64,000 bases of DNA from NCBI RefSeq assembly GCF_006345805.1, contig NC_043011.1:27850464-27914463 (forward strand). The letters run 5' to 3'. The translations under genes were made by a program, and so were the position numbers. The notes under the pieces are model-generated. The model ran no database searches, was not told the DNA's origin, and was given only the letters and a program-made list of their open reading frames with translations. Positions 12,076 to 25,170 of this stretch are shown here, in pieces; position 1 is the first letter of the stretch, and the number at the start of each line of letters is the position of its first letter. Source of the DNA: Octopus sinensis. Its lineage: Eukaryota.

Positions 12076-13106
12076 GCATATATATATATATATATATATT
12101 ATAATATATATATATATATATACACACATACATATATACACATATATATATATATATACATTCACATATATATATATTATATATATATATGATATCGATG
12201 CTATATATCATTCGGAGTTTTGCTCCAGTGTGTAGAGCGTCAGAATTCTTTCATCGTTTCACGTGTAGTGCACTGATTTTCATTTGGATTTAGCAATATT
12301 TTACGGACCTGCCTATTCTTCTTACAAAAGTTTTTGTGGACACATGGTAGAGTGAAATTTTCCAACATTGAATGTTGCACGCTGTTTTCTGTAGTTTCTT
12401 TGTACATAACGATTGAGTATTTTTATATGTTTCTCATATCGTCAGACTGCTTGATTGCTTTTGAGACTTATAGACGATAAGCGTGGCTGGAGAAATTAAT
12501 TGTTTCTGTGACTGAGGTCATGTTCAATGCAGCAGCTATAAACAACGATGCTTTTATTGCAGTTCCTGATGAACTCCAGCTGGAATTAATATCTTCCTCG
12601 AATGAACAACATAGATTGTAACTTCATGACTGCTATTTTTCACAATTCAGTATATATTCTATAGTCAACTTTCTCTAAAGTATTCTACAATGTTTAGAAA
12701 CACAATATACACATTAAAAGCTTTGAGCTTCAAACACAGTCATACTACTGTAGAAACTGCGTGAAGTTGATTCTTCCTATGACGGAAGCCGTGTCAATGA
12801 AAGATCAGTAAGTAGATCTGCCAATTCAGCAGCCTATATCTCTTTCTGTATATATTCTCTAAGAGACTCACTGTAGGAGTCTAAGAAAATTGAAGACGAT
12901 AATGTAATAAAATGATTGCTTAAGCAAGTTTTTATTATTGATTCATTGTTAATATACTAAAACAAATAATTTTATCGTGTTATAATAGTTTTGAACTTAA
13001 CATAGCTGTGTGAAGGTGTTCAGCCGATCTAAACAATAATTTTGACATAAAGGTGAAAATTGCACGAATTTTATTTCCGCCTTAACATTATATTTGATCA
13101 CGCTTA

Positions 13107-13175
<69 letters not shown>

Positions 13176-13515
13176 ACACACACACACACACACCACAACA
13201 CAACACACACAACACAAGCACGAACAAACACAGAATAACGCACACATTCATTCACACACACAATTTATAGTGCTGACACTTCTATAAAACAGCTGACAAG
13301 TATATGAACGAAATGAAAAAAGAAAACTTCTGTACAACGGAAATGAGATTGTAAAGTTATTTGAATAAGTAAATACTTTACAAAAGTATAAGAGCTTAAA
13401 TATATCTTTATATTCTCAAATTTACTTATAGAATACATAGACCGGTATTTGTACATCTATCTCAATATATGTAACAATCTTTATCTTCCTATATAATATA
13501 TGTGTGTGTGTGTGA

Positions 13516-13580
<65 letters not shown>

Positions 13581-13585
<5 letters not shown>

Positions 13586-13853
13586 TAGAAAAAAAAACCT
13601 TTTATCAATTCAAAATGAACAATTAAATTACACCATCTAGAAAATTACATATAATAGAAATATTAAAATTAAAATAACAATAAAACAAATATATACCAAT
13701 TATATACGTTTTTATTATTTTCTTGCAATTTACTTAATCATTGGTATTTTATTGTTATTTTAATTATAATATTTCTATTATATGTAATTTTCTAGATGGT
13801 GTAATTTAATTGTTCATTTTGAATTGATAAAAGGTGTTTTTGTTTCTAATTTT
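13581..13853. repeat. AT-rich fold-back element, ~115-bp inverted arms with ~40-bp spacer
   Basis: 13581-13700 is the reverse complement of 13740-13853, with a long identical core (ccttttatcaattcaaaatgaacaattaaattacaccatctagaaaattacatataatagaaatatta). Confidence 0.85.
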
Positions 13854-13962
13854 ATATATATATATATATATATTATATTATATTGTGTGAAATTTGATTT
13901 AGTATTTCTAAATTGAATTTTTTTCCTTGTAAGTTAGAATTAACATTCCCTCAAATAATTAT

Positions 13963-14017
<55 letters not shown>

Positions 14018-14143
14018 ATTTCGATATATATATATATATATTCTTTCTTATACATACGTATACATGTATGCAATCCTTTTAATAAAACCAATATCCTTCT
14101 CAACGTGTGTTGTATACCCTTGCCTCCTACATACACAACTTAC

Positions 14144-14438
14144 GAAAGCACATGGCATATTGGTTAGGGTGTTGCATTCGCGATTGTGAAATCGTGGTTT
14201 CGATTCTCAGTCCGAGCATTGCGTTCTGTTCTTGAGCAAAACATTTCATTCCCCGTTGCTCTGCGATCATTTCGTCATCTGACATGTAGCACTTTAGACA
14301 CTTGTAAGAGCAATTTTGATTTGATAGAGTGAGCTTATGTGCACGCAAATATTTGATCACTATAAACACATCTTCTGCATGTCTGTTTAGCAAGAAATTG
14401 CAGAATCCTCTCACGTCATCTAATGACGAGAGAGTCCA
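14144..14438 (+). mobile_element. tRNA-derived SINE
   Basis: Head atggcatattggttagggtg...gtggtttcgattctc, then ttcttgagcaaaacatttcatt. Confidence 0.65.
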
Positions 14439-14440
14439 TG

Positions 14441-14474
<34 letters not shown>

Positions 14475-16043
14475 GGTAGAGCGTTCTTTATCTAGTTCTG
14501 GAAATTGTATTTTGTAAGCGACAGACTAGGCTGACGATCTTGCAGATATCTGCGTGTTTGCATACGAACATATTAACAAGTAAAACCATTTGTACGTATG
14601 TAATCTTTTTTTTATTTCGTATATTTACATTTGTCTTGCTCATTTTTACATTTTGGCATTTTACTGTGATTTTTCTTGAGAACATTCTTCGTGGTAATGG
14701 CGATTTGACGTCTATGATTAGCATATTAGGTGTGTGTGTGTGTGTATTCAATATATGTGCGTGTTCTTTTGTGCGAGAGAAAAAATATGTGTTTGTTAGT
14801 ATGTGTGTGTATGTGTGTGTGTGTGTGTGTGTGTAGATGAAAAATACTATACTTGCTCATCGTAAATATTAAATCAAATTTCATGTAATATTATGCATTC
14901 AATAAAATTTGTAAAGTTGAATATATTTATATTGAAGTTTATTTGCCAACAAAACGTGGCAGTGCCACATAGGACTGCTACTAGTTTTTAACCCTAGGAA
15001 GACATCTTTTCCAGCTGGTTTGTCTACACATTGCCTGTGTCCGAGATTATGCTGTTAGGGGCCTTGCTACTCTCTTCTATCCGTTGGCAGTACCAGTAGA
15101 CCAATGGTTTCTGGGTAATTTCCCTTTTCTGTATTGGACAACCGCTCAGCTAGAGACAACTTTACTCAGAGTATACACTTATCGAAACGACTGTCGGTCT
15201 CGTATTCCGTAAGGAGAAAAACAACAAATTTAAAATCTCTGAATGATATCTATGCAATAACAGTACTGAATATTAAAGTTTATTTCCTGCCACAGGTTGG
15301 TATAGATAAATTATGCAGCGGCGGTTTAATCAATATGTTCACACGACGTACTTCGGGTGACTACCAAACGCTCTCTCCGACTACTGCCGATCACTGCTCT
15401 TTATAAGAGTTCGGCTAGTTCTTTCTTCCAATCCGCTAGGGGTGCCAATGACTTTCATCACATCGTCTTGAGATTGAATTCCGTTGAAAGTTAATATTTA
15501 TTTTTACGTCGTCACTTTTATATACTGACGTCTCGTTGCCAGATGTCGTAACGTAATTATTGACCGAGTCTTAGGTTGTATTTTCCGTTTTTGCACACAG
15601 CACTCTTGTTTTTCGTTCTAAGCACTCTTGTTTTTTGCTCGACCGGATTTTAGCGCGGTTTTTTAACCCCAAGAAGACATCTCCTCTAGCTGGTTAACTC
15701 TGTACAACTGCATCCGATATATTGTGAGCAAGAGAATCGAATACTTGCCACATTCTAGCGACGGGACCAGCACACAATAATTCGAACAACTACCATTACG
15801 GCAACTAACGTGTTCGGTGTAAGTTTAACACGGAACTAACACACCAACTCTCACCGACCCCGAGCAAGAGTCAGATTTTGACTGTTATTTCAAGCATGGT
15901 AGTATCTCTTTGATACCTTTGTTTATAATTTTAATAATTATTATAACCTATAAGGGTATTTTGTTCCCATGCTGCCACTTGATTTGATCGCCATTTAAAA
16001 TAAGGATCTTATCCTTATTTACATAGAAGTTTATATATATATT

Positions 16044-16328
16044 CCTTCCTTGCGCCCTTTTCAAGCCTAGCCAGTATCATGAGCCGGTTTCCCGGTTTCT
16101 ATGGAGTATGTGTTTTCCCCCAGCTGGACGGGACGCCAGTCCATCGCAGCGTTACTCAAGAAACAGGAAAAGTGAGGGAAAGTTGGGGCGAAGGAGTACA
16201 AAATGGGTGCCCCCCCCACCAGAGATTCATGGAGCTTTAGGTGTTTTCGCTCACTAAACACATGCAACGCCCGGTCTATAAATCGAAACCGCGAGTTCGG
16301 TACCCTAACCACTGGACCACTGCGCCTC
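16044..16328 (-). mobile_element. tRNA-derived SINE
   Basis: Minus-strand head gaggcgcagtggtccagtggttaggg...gcggtttcgattt; shares a central segment with the 5761 SINE. Confidence 0.7.
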
Positions 16329-16384
16329 TACTATATATATATTCACTTCGTCATTATATTCACTGCGGTGGTATTTTAATAATG

Positions 16385-16620
16385 TAAGGCGGCGAGCCGG
16401 CAGAAACGTTAGCACGCCGGGCGGAATGCATAGCCGTATTTCCTCTGTCGTTACGTTGTGAGTTCAAATTCCGCCGAGGTCGACTTTGCCTTTCATCCTT
16501 TCGGGGTCGATAAATTAAGTGCCAGTTACACACTGGGGTCGATGTAATCGACTTAATACCTATGTCTGTCCTTGTTTGTCCCCTCTAAACTTAGCCCCTT
16601 GTGAGTAATAAAGAAATAAG
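16385..16620 (+). mobile_element. SINE (ggcggcgagc.ggcaga.acgttag family)
   Basis: gagttcaaattccgccgaggtcgactttg..tttcatcc..cggggtcgataaattaagt is nearly identical to 42809-43009. Confidence 0.75.
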
Positions 16621-16734
16621 GTATTTTAATAATGAAGCACATGGTGTCTGGATGGACAACTGAACTGATCGCTGTATATACGTGTGCATATATATATAAA
16701 CTTCAGTTTAAAACTTGCAAAGAAGGTCTTGAAA

Positions 16735-16780
16735 CCACCTGATGAATGTTAATATATGTGACAAGAAACGATCGTAGTGG
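16735..16780 (+). ncRNA. Minimal type I hammerhead in a solo pLTR (~16700-16965) of the 3339 family
   Basis: ccac-CTGATGA-a tgtt aatatatgt gaca a-GAAA-cgatcg-TA-gtgg. Palindromic stem III; the downstream ~190 bp is homologous to 3382-3560. Confidence 0.8.
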
Positions 16781-16973
16781 ATATCTTAATTATATTTAAT
16801 TTATATAAATATTTTTATGTATTGGATTAAGTCTTTCTTTGTTTGATTTGCATAATAGTGGTTTTGTCTCTAATTAATATATTATATCTTACTATAAAAT
16901 TGGATTCAATCCTAAATCTGATTTTTCCCTGTAAATTTGGATTTATTCCCTAATATTTATTATATATATATAA

Positions 16974-17032
<59 letters not shown>

Positions 17033-17101
17033 CATAATATATATATATATATACATATATTATATATATACATATATATATTATATATTATATATATATA
17101 C

Positions 17102-17183
<82 letters not shown>

Positions 17184-17446
17184 TGTATGTATGTATGTAT
17201 GTATGATATGTTGAAACATTCCTGTCACAACCTGGGACCTTGAAGACTGCTTAAATGCAAGTCCTTTAATATTTGATATTCAATACTTCATCTATTCAAG
17301 AAGACAATCAATACTTCATTTCATTTTACTATATATTCTATATCCAAAATTAATATAAGAATATAAATAAAACATAGAAAACAGACAGATTTGGAATTCC
17401 TTTGAATAATATATTTCTCTGTACACAATCATACAAAACCCCTTTA

Positions 17447-18908
17447 TCTCTCTATATATAAAAACTGAGAATGTATGTCTGTCTGTCTGTTTCCCTAAAA
17501 CTTGAGAACTACGCAACCAATTTCATTCAAATTTTACACATGCCTTACTTAGGGTCCATGTAGTTTCATGGGCAAAAAGATGTTCAACGTCTTGCCTAGG
17601 GCGAGCCCAAAGCAATATCATATCTTCTCCACTATTTCAGTATTACGTGTTAAAAGTGAAACAAAAACATTTCTCTATTTTATGTCAGATACTTTCACTG
17701 TGGTAAGTAATCATTAAAATCGAACTAAAGTATAATATAATCGTAACATAACAAAAGTAAAAATAGCAATGGGTATAAAATTGGATCAATGACTTGAACT
17801 TGAATAAGTGGTTTCACATGAATGGGAATAACTTAAAAATAAAATTAGCGTGCAGAAATAGAATAGTTCAGATGGAGTTGTGCACATACCGTTTACTACG
17901 ACTTGTACATTAGATTATCTGCTAAGTAGCTAGCATTAAGTATCTATATGAAGTTTAGCTGTATGTGATGTCTGTTTTCTCGAACAGCCGCTTCTACTGA
18001 GTACTGCTGTTGGTTTAATTCTTATACATAAAGGACTACGTTATTGTGTTGCATTTATTAAATAATTGTAAACTGTAACCCTCCCGCTTTGGGAGAAGGA
18101 ACTTTGGTTATTGTTTAAAAATTGAATTGTGTCCCTGTTTGGGGAAAATGACAATATTTCACCGTTTACACGGAAGCATTTTTGTTAGAATGCCTTCGAT
18201 TGAAGAAAGTCCAAAAATGAATTTCGCTGCAGCAGTCTGCGGGCGCGAACTCATTAAAATTTAAATGGAAAAAATACAAACCTATTTCGGATTGATCACC
18301 GACAAAGACGGTGAATCTAGGATAACACGACCAAACGAAATAAAAAATTAAATTAAAGAAAAGACTATTGTCTATAAAGTATACAATGTAGAGAAAAAAA
18401 AAAGATTTGAACACCTGGAGGAAAGCACCATCGAAACGTATCTGGGTGCGACTATGAAAGATATCAAATATCTAACCAGAGGCGGTAAATTCTCCACAAT
18501 AGAAGCAGGGTTCGAGACAACGGACCGTGGAAGGGGGTACTCGACTCGAACCTTGCAAAGTGGAAATATTTCAATTCTACCTTTATGTCTGGGACGTAGG
18601 ACGTCCCGGATAAGAAATGTCCCTCCAGAAGTAGAGGTCGGCTGGATTGTAGCCACACTTCTATACAAGAGGGAGGACAAGATACAATTGATCGAAATTG
18701 CAAGAGACGGGCCTACAATTCCAGTCTGTTATATATTTTGAGTATTGTTATCACTAGCGATATCAAGATATAACTTTGTATTTTGTATTTTATGTGTAGA
18801 TGTATATATATATATATATAGATGTACATGTAATATGTACACACATATATATGGACATATATACATGCACTAGCACTATTGCCCGGCAACGACGGGTCAT
18901 AATGCTCG
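17447..18908 (+). mobile_element. Probable non-autonomous Helitron
   Basis: 5' A|TCTCTCTATATATAAAA; 3' GC-rich hairpin gcccg-gcaacga-cgggt about 8 nt before CTCG|T (CTRR-like, one mismatch); no TSD or TIR. Confidence 0.5.
18079..18741 (+). pseudogene. ~220-codon reading frame with two in-frame stops, product unknown (possibly retroelement ORF1-like)
   Basis: Continuous frame ...IFVRMPSIEESPKMNFAAAVCGRELIKI*MEKIQTYFGLITDK...IKN*IKEKTIVYKVYN...RTSRIRNVPPEVEVGWIVATLL, with complex sequence unlike the flanks. Confidence 0.45.
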
Positions 18909-18973
<65 letters not shown>

Positions 18974-18974
18974 C

Positions 18975-20210
18975 GGGAAGCTTTATGAAATTAAACAAAA
19001 GACGAAGGCAGGTGGAGTACAAACAAATAATTGTATTAGTATGGCGCTCAGGAATATAAATAAAACAAGTCTTTTATGTTTCGAGCCTACGCTCTTCAAC
19101 AGAAAGATACACAGAAAAGAAACACGGAGAGAAACAAGGAGAGAAAAAAAATGCGTGCAGAAGCTAGCGATTCAAGATGGTGATCTGATTCCGGCCAGAA
19201 GTCAGAGATCAGACGTGAGAGCGAAAGTAGGGGAGATAACAGGGTCAAATGACTTCCCCCCAACATAAGGGTGCGTGTGTGTACGAGAGAGTATGTAGTG
19301 CGTATGAAAGGTCTGGACGTGTGAATGTATGTATGTATGATGTGATGTGTAATGTCGTATGGTGGAGTGTAGAGAGAGGAAATGGGGGGAGAGGGGAGGT
19401 GGAGGGAGGAAAGATGAGGGGGAGGGTGAGAGGGGAGAATAAGGGGAAAGAAAGAGGAGAACAGAAGGGAGGAGGGAGGAGGGAGAAGAGGAAAGGTGAG
19501 AGTGAGGAGGGGGAGATGAGGGGGAATGTGACAGGGGGGAGATAATGAACGAGGAGAAGAGGAGGAAGGAGGGGGGAATAGGGGGGAGAAGGAAGGAGAG
19601 GAGAAGAGGAGGGGGATGGGAAAGGAGGGGAGAGGAGGAGGGGGGAGAATGGGAGGGGAGAGACGGGGGAGAGAATGGGAGTGAGGGAGCAGAGAGAAAG
19701 AGAGAAGGGGAAGAGGGAAGAAGAAAGAGGAAAGAAGAGGAGGGAAGAAGGGAAGAAGAGGGAAAGAGAGTAGGGGTGCAAAGATGAAGGACTGAAGAGA
19801 AGTAGGAGTCGGGGGTGGAGGTTAGATGAGGAGGGGGGAGAGTTGAGGCCAAATGGCGTAAAAAAGCGAAGAGAGAAGATTAATCCCTGTTCACGGCGCA
19901 AACGGGAATCCGGATGGCCTCTGTGCAAGGACAAACCGAACGTAGACAGGTGTTGCAAGGAGTGACCGGTGGAGAGGAAATGGCGTGAGACCGGTGTGTC
20001 GTTGAGAAGGCGGATGTCACGGAGGTGTTCCGCGAACCGGTCAGCCAAGCAGCGGCCCGTTTGTCCGATGTACAGGGAATGGCAGAGAGAGCAAGAGATG
20101 CAATAGATGATATTGCTGAAGGTGCAGGTGAAGGAGTTGATGATGGGATAGGGTCGATGATGGGTGCCAGTGAGGAGGGTGGTGTTGGAGAGGTAAAGGC
20201 AAGTGCGGCA
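18975..20210 (-). mobile_element. 5'-truncated Penelope-like element: GIY-YIG domain, CT-rich spacer, pLTR with hammerhead, (TA)n tail
   Basis: CRTCLY...FTCTFSNIIYCISCSLCHSLYIGQTGRCLADRFAEHLRDIR...PVSRHF...RREQGLIFSL..FTPFGLN. Same family as 44790-45870. Confidence 0.92.
19070..19107 (-). ncRNA. Minimal type I hammerhead, A6U core and extra A before stem II
   Basis: Minus strand: tcttt-CTGTTGA-a-gagc gtag gctc-GAAA-ca-TA-aaaga. Confidence 0.65.
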
Positions 20211-20585
20211 ATATTTCAAATTAAGCAGAATCTTGGACAGTGCCCATCGATGACAGTGGGTGTAAATTGGTGTGTATTTGCATTTAATAGTTGTTTATGG
20301 AAATTGCAGAATTTCTCAAAGTGTAGCTGTTCGTTTTCAGATGTGTATACGAATGGATGAATGTTTATTGGCACGTCAGCTATATTGTGTGTGTGCGTGT
20401 GTATGTGTATGTGCGTGTGCGTACGAGCGAGTATATATATATATATATTATATATATATAATATATATATATATGTATGTATATATATAAAAATACATAT
20501 ATACACACACGCACCCGCACACACACACGCACGCACGCCACACATATATCTGATGCCAGTATATATATATAATATATATATATAC
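20211..20585 (+). repeat. Local duplication, copy A (copy B at ~21541-21880)
   Basis: aattaagcagaatcttggacagtg.ccatcgatgacagtgggtg...gttcgttttcagatgt and the following microsatellite pattern recur about 1.33 kb downstream with scattered substitutions. Confidence 0.9.
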
Positions 20586-20617
20586 TTTATTTAAAGCAGC
20601 AGAAAATTCAACAAAAT

Positions 20618-20655
20618 CTGTTACTCTGAGTTTCTCGTTGCCGTTCATCAGACAG
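20618..20655 (-). ncRNA. Minimal type I hammerhead, intact core
   Basis: Minus strand: ctgt-CTGATGA-a cg gcaa cg a-GAAA-ctcagag-TA-acag. Confidence 0.8.
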
Positions 20656-20712
20656 TTTTTGCTAGAAGGAACCGATATATCAATTGATATATCGGTTCCA
20701 TTCTAGCAAAAA

Positions 20713-20749
20713 CTGTCTGATGAACGGCAACGAGAAACTCAGAGAACAG
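20713..20749 (+). ncRNA. Mirror hammerhead copy lacking U16.1
   Basis: Same motif, but it reads ctcagag-A-acag. Confidence 0.7.
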
Positions 20750-20849
20750 ATTTTGTTGAATTTTCTGCTGCTTAAATAAAGCATATTACTCTACCACTGT
20801 TATTTGAGTACTCTTTTTCCACCTTGTTTCACATTTATGTGTTTACCCC

Positions 20850-20904
<55 letters not shown>

Positions 20905-20987
20905 ATATATATATATATGCATATGTATATGTATATATATGTATAGATAATATATGTATATATGTAATATGTATGTATATATATATG

Positions 20988-21022
<35 letters not shown>

Positions 21023-21105
21023 GTATATACATGTATAATAATGTATTTATATATATGTATGTGTTATGTATCTATATCTATTTATCTATTTATCTATCTT
21101 TATAT

Positions 21106-21151
<46 letters not shown>

Positions 21152-21540
21152 ATATGGTTAATTGACGGTTTCGCTATAGGAGACGATGTGTATGATACGT
21201 TCTGACATGTAGTTTTGATTGGAAAGCTAATATCAAAACAATAGTTGAATGAACTATGTGCATCAGTTTCAGAGCTTCCTTTGTCTTATTCTTAATGTCA
21301 TAGTGGTGAACTTGACATTTACTGTAAGATTTGTTCTGAACCTGATACACGACATTATACCCGTCACACAATCCCGTCAATAAAATTGCTATTCCGTTGG
21401 AAGTGTTGCGTTTATTGAAAAAGAGGTTTGACTATTAAGAACACTTATTGAAATTCCACTTTACCTTTCTTTATAACATTGTTTCTATTACGATACATAG
21501 ATTGAGAAACGTGAATAGTTCACAGTGAAAACCTGCCAGC

Positions 21541-21880
21541 AATATTCGAATTAAGCAGAATCTTGGACAGTGTCCATCGATGACAGTGGGTGTAAATTGG
21601 TGTGTATTTGCATTTAATAGTTGTTTATGGAAATTGCAGAATTTCTCAAAGTGTAGCTGTTCGTTTTCAGATGTATATACGAATGCATGAATGTTTATCG
21701 GCACGTCAACTATATGTGTGTGCGTGCGTGTGTATGTGTGTGCGTGTGCGTACGTGCGAGTATATATACACACATATATATATATATATAAATACATATA
21801 TACACACACGCACACGCACACACACACGCACGCACACACATATATCTGACGTGCCAGTATATATATATATATATATATGT
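21541..21880 (+). repeat. Local duplication, copy B
   Basis: See 20211-20585. Confidence 0.9.
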
Positions 21881-21886
21881 TATATG

Positions 21887-21917
<31 letters not shown>

Positions 21918-22534
21918 GTGTAATATGTATATATATGTATATATGTATATATATGTACATATGTATATATATATATGTGTACATATATATATATATGTAT
22001 ATATATGTATATATATGTATATATATATGATATAATATATATATATATATATATTATATATATAGGTATATGTATGTATATCTAAATATAGAATTTTTAT
22101 CTATGAACATGTGTATACGTATATACGTATATGTATATATATATATGTATATATATATATGTATATATATTATGTATACATACATATATATAAATATGCA
22201 TGTATGTGTATATGTGTGTGTATCTGTGTATGTGTGTGTACATATGTACTTCTGCAAGTAAGTATATAGACACGTACGTATAAGTGCATACATAATTATC
22301 GACGAGTTACTTCCAACGTACATCTATTCTTTAAATCACTACGCTCAGAATACTTATCACTTATGCTCTCCTTTGCTCTTTCCCATGCATGTCATGAAGT
22401 TTCAGTTTTGTGTTGAAATTGTTCTCATTACTTTCAATATTATTATAGATTACTGTACATATCATTTTCTGATTTCTGAAACTAGCAGTTGCCTGTCTTT
22501 TATGTTGTTCCTGATGCTGATTACGATGAAGGTG

Positions 22535-22623
<89 letters not shown>

Positions 22624-22652
22624 TATTATTACTATTATTATTATTATTATCC

Positions 22653-22720
<68 letters not shown>

Positions 22721-23190
22721 ATTATTATTATTATCCTTGAGTGAGTGAGAGCAGTGCATGCCATCAAAGTGACACGGGTAACATTAACGAAGACCAGTAA
22801 AATATACGAAGCCCATCATGACAACCCGTCTGATAAGGGTGCACCAGGCACATGCATCACAACCACATATGCGTGACATGGTGATCCCATATCAAGATCA
22901 ACAGCACATGGCTTTGCAGGTGGGGCCCAGTTAGAATTTTATTTTGGTCGTGTCGCCCATCCCGCTCAATGTGTCCCTGAATAAGGGTTGTATAAAGATG
23001 TTGAACGAAACACCCATGTTTCCAGAGGTGAATTATTTAAACCCCAAAGAATCTCTCTCAACACATGGCTGTGATGCTCCCCCACTACTTCTACTCGTGA
23101 TCAGATATGCACATATCGTAAACCACTAAGGGACATGCTCAACTGGTTAAGGTCAAACAACTGAAAAGCAAATCTGTGGTATTGAGAAAC
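22535..23190 (-). mobile_element. 3' end of a dispersed retroelement (probably a LINE 3' UTR) with ~200-bp (AAT)n tail
   Basis: Homologous to 56340-56702 (+), sharing aattcacctctggaaacatgggtgtttc; both end in ctc.ctc.ctcaa then (AAT)n. Tail at 22535-22734. Confidence 0.7.
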
Positions 23191-24983
23191 AATAGGCAAA
23201 TTTGACTTCAACGGATTTTGAACTCAATATGTAAAGAGTCAGATTATACAGTAAGATATTTTCCAGACACTCCAATGATTCTGCTAATCCTTAATATCTG
23301 AAAACAATTGTGCTGAGGATGGTAATGTCGTTTCAGCTGCTTCCATTGTTCTTGTTATTATTAAGTAGACAACATTTATTTCATGTTTTTTGTGGTCTTC
23401 TTATTTGTTTTGCCAAATTTATGTGCCCTTGCTATGGTTGCTGTTCTTATTGTTATGTATTCGCAATCTATTTCTAAATTTGATGTCTTTATGATATAAT
23501 ATGACCAATATTTGACCTGTCTTATATATACATTGCCAATCCACACACATTCGCCTTACTGTTTTCTTTGTTTCTTATTTGCTTCTGTTCTCTCTCCAAC
23601 ATCATTTTGCTGTGTATATATATATCGATTACAACTACATAAAGAATAACGGCAAAAAATTTAAACTTAACTAGACAGATTCAATAGCATAACATAGAAA
23701 ATAGAAAAGTGAAAGAGATTAAGAAATTATGTGACTTAATTCTTTAGCTTTAATCACTAACATTTTGTATGAATACAACACGTCAAAATGTTTCTTTAAA
23801 TGTTTTTATAAATATATCGTACTAAGTTGTAGGAGGGTTTACGTTATTAAGTTGATATCCTACGTTAGGACTTATATTTTATGTATTTCAAGACCAAATA
23901 CCTCTCAACTGCACAATAGTCTTGTTTGCAAAAAGATTCCACCGCGGCATTTAAAAACGATGGCCCTTCTCTGGCGGCCTTTTATATGCCAAACTGGTAG
24001 TGGGAACATTTCAACACTGTGTGAGTATATATGTATATATGTAAAAGGGAGGTATGTGAATGTTTGTGTGTGTGTATGTGCAATGGAAGTGGGATGGTGA
24101 ACATTGAATGCTGAAAAGAAAAAGTCAAACAGCGTTTCAACTCTGTGTGAGTATATGTGTGTGTGTGTATGTACAAGGGAAATATGTGAAAGTTTGTATG
24201 CGTGAAAGCTTTTAAATATTTGATCTGCTCGCGAATCTTTTAACATTAACTTCATTCGTGTATATTTTAATGGTTTGACTGTTATTTCTAGCAATGTTTT
24301 GCTCCCCACGCCCTGAAAGAAGCAGCAAACGCGTTGTTTTCTGATTGGCGGAAAATTCTGAAAATTATCAAAATTTGAACACCTTTATCACTTTAACAAG
24401 AATTTTCTGGAATAAATGAATAACAAATTTGGATTTACTGTCAAATATTACATCCATATGATACATTGAAAATTATTTTTAAGATAATTGTAAACAGTGA
24501 CGAAAACCACAATGATATGCGTTAACTTGCTCAGGATGTCGAGAGCAATACATTTTACAAACTAAAAAGAGTCTACGCCAGAGGATGACAGTACATAGAC
24601 CTCAGATTAAAATACGGGAATTCAGAAAAATAGCATTAAGTCAACACATGGACATATTCGCCACTAATGAACAACTCAGCTGCAGAAATTTTCCTCATGT
24701 ATAAACCCAAGGACAATGCAACCTATAATCAAGAACCATATTTTATCGCAAAATATAAACCTCCTTTTAGTGCTTCCACTATATATAACACTACTACAAC
24801 AATCTTAGAATAATACCCATGCAAATATTAAAAATGATAGATATATTAACAACAATCGCTAACCATCAATTTATTTAGAACAGTTCCTACCGCTACTGCT
24901 ACAACCACAACAGGACACATTTATGTCACTTGACCATTAAAGATTCCACTAACAGCCTCTGCTGCTGTGTCATACCACTCCCG

Positions 24984-25028
24984 TCTTCTTCTTCTTTTCT
25001 TCTTCTTCTTCTTCTTCTTCTTCTTCTT

Positions 25029-25072
<44 letters not shown>

Positions 25073-25090
25073 TCTTCTTCTTCTTCTTCT

Positions 25091-25140
<50 letters not shown>

Positions 25141-25170
25141 TCTTCTTCTTCTTTTCTTCTTCTTCTTCTC
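24984..25170. repeat. Alternating (CTT)n/(CTA)n trinucleotide blocks
   Basis: Direct reading. Confidence 0.95.

Larger units (their letters stand above)
20586..20780. repeat. ~195-bp palindrome of two head-to-head hammerhead-bearing pLTR ends
   Basis: Centre gatatatcaa|ttgatatatc at 20683/20684; the arms differ by three 1-nt indels. Confidence 0.93.

Noticed and set aside
19202-19852. Pro/Ser/Leu-rich and Gly/Glu/Arg-rich ORFs
   Set aside because: They arise from the CT/GA low-complexity spacer of the PLE; only the GIY-YIG part (about 19830-20210) is real coding remnant.
22361-22767. Poly-Asn, poly-Ile and poly-Tyr ORFs
   Set aside because: They are translations of the (AAT)n tail.
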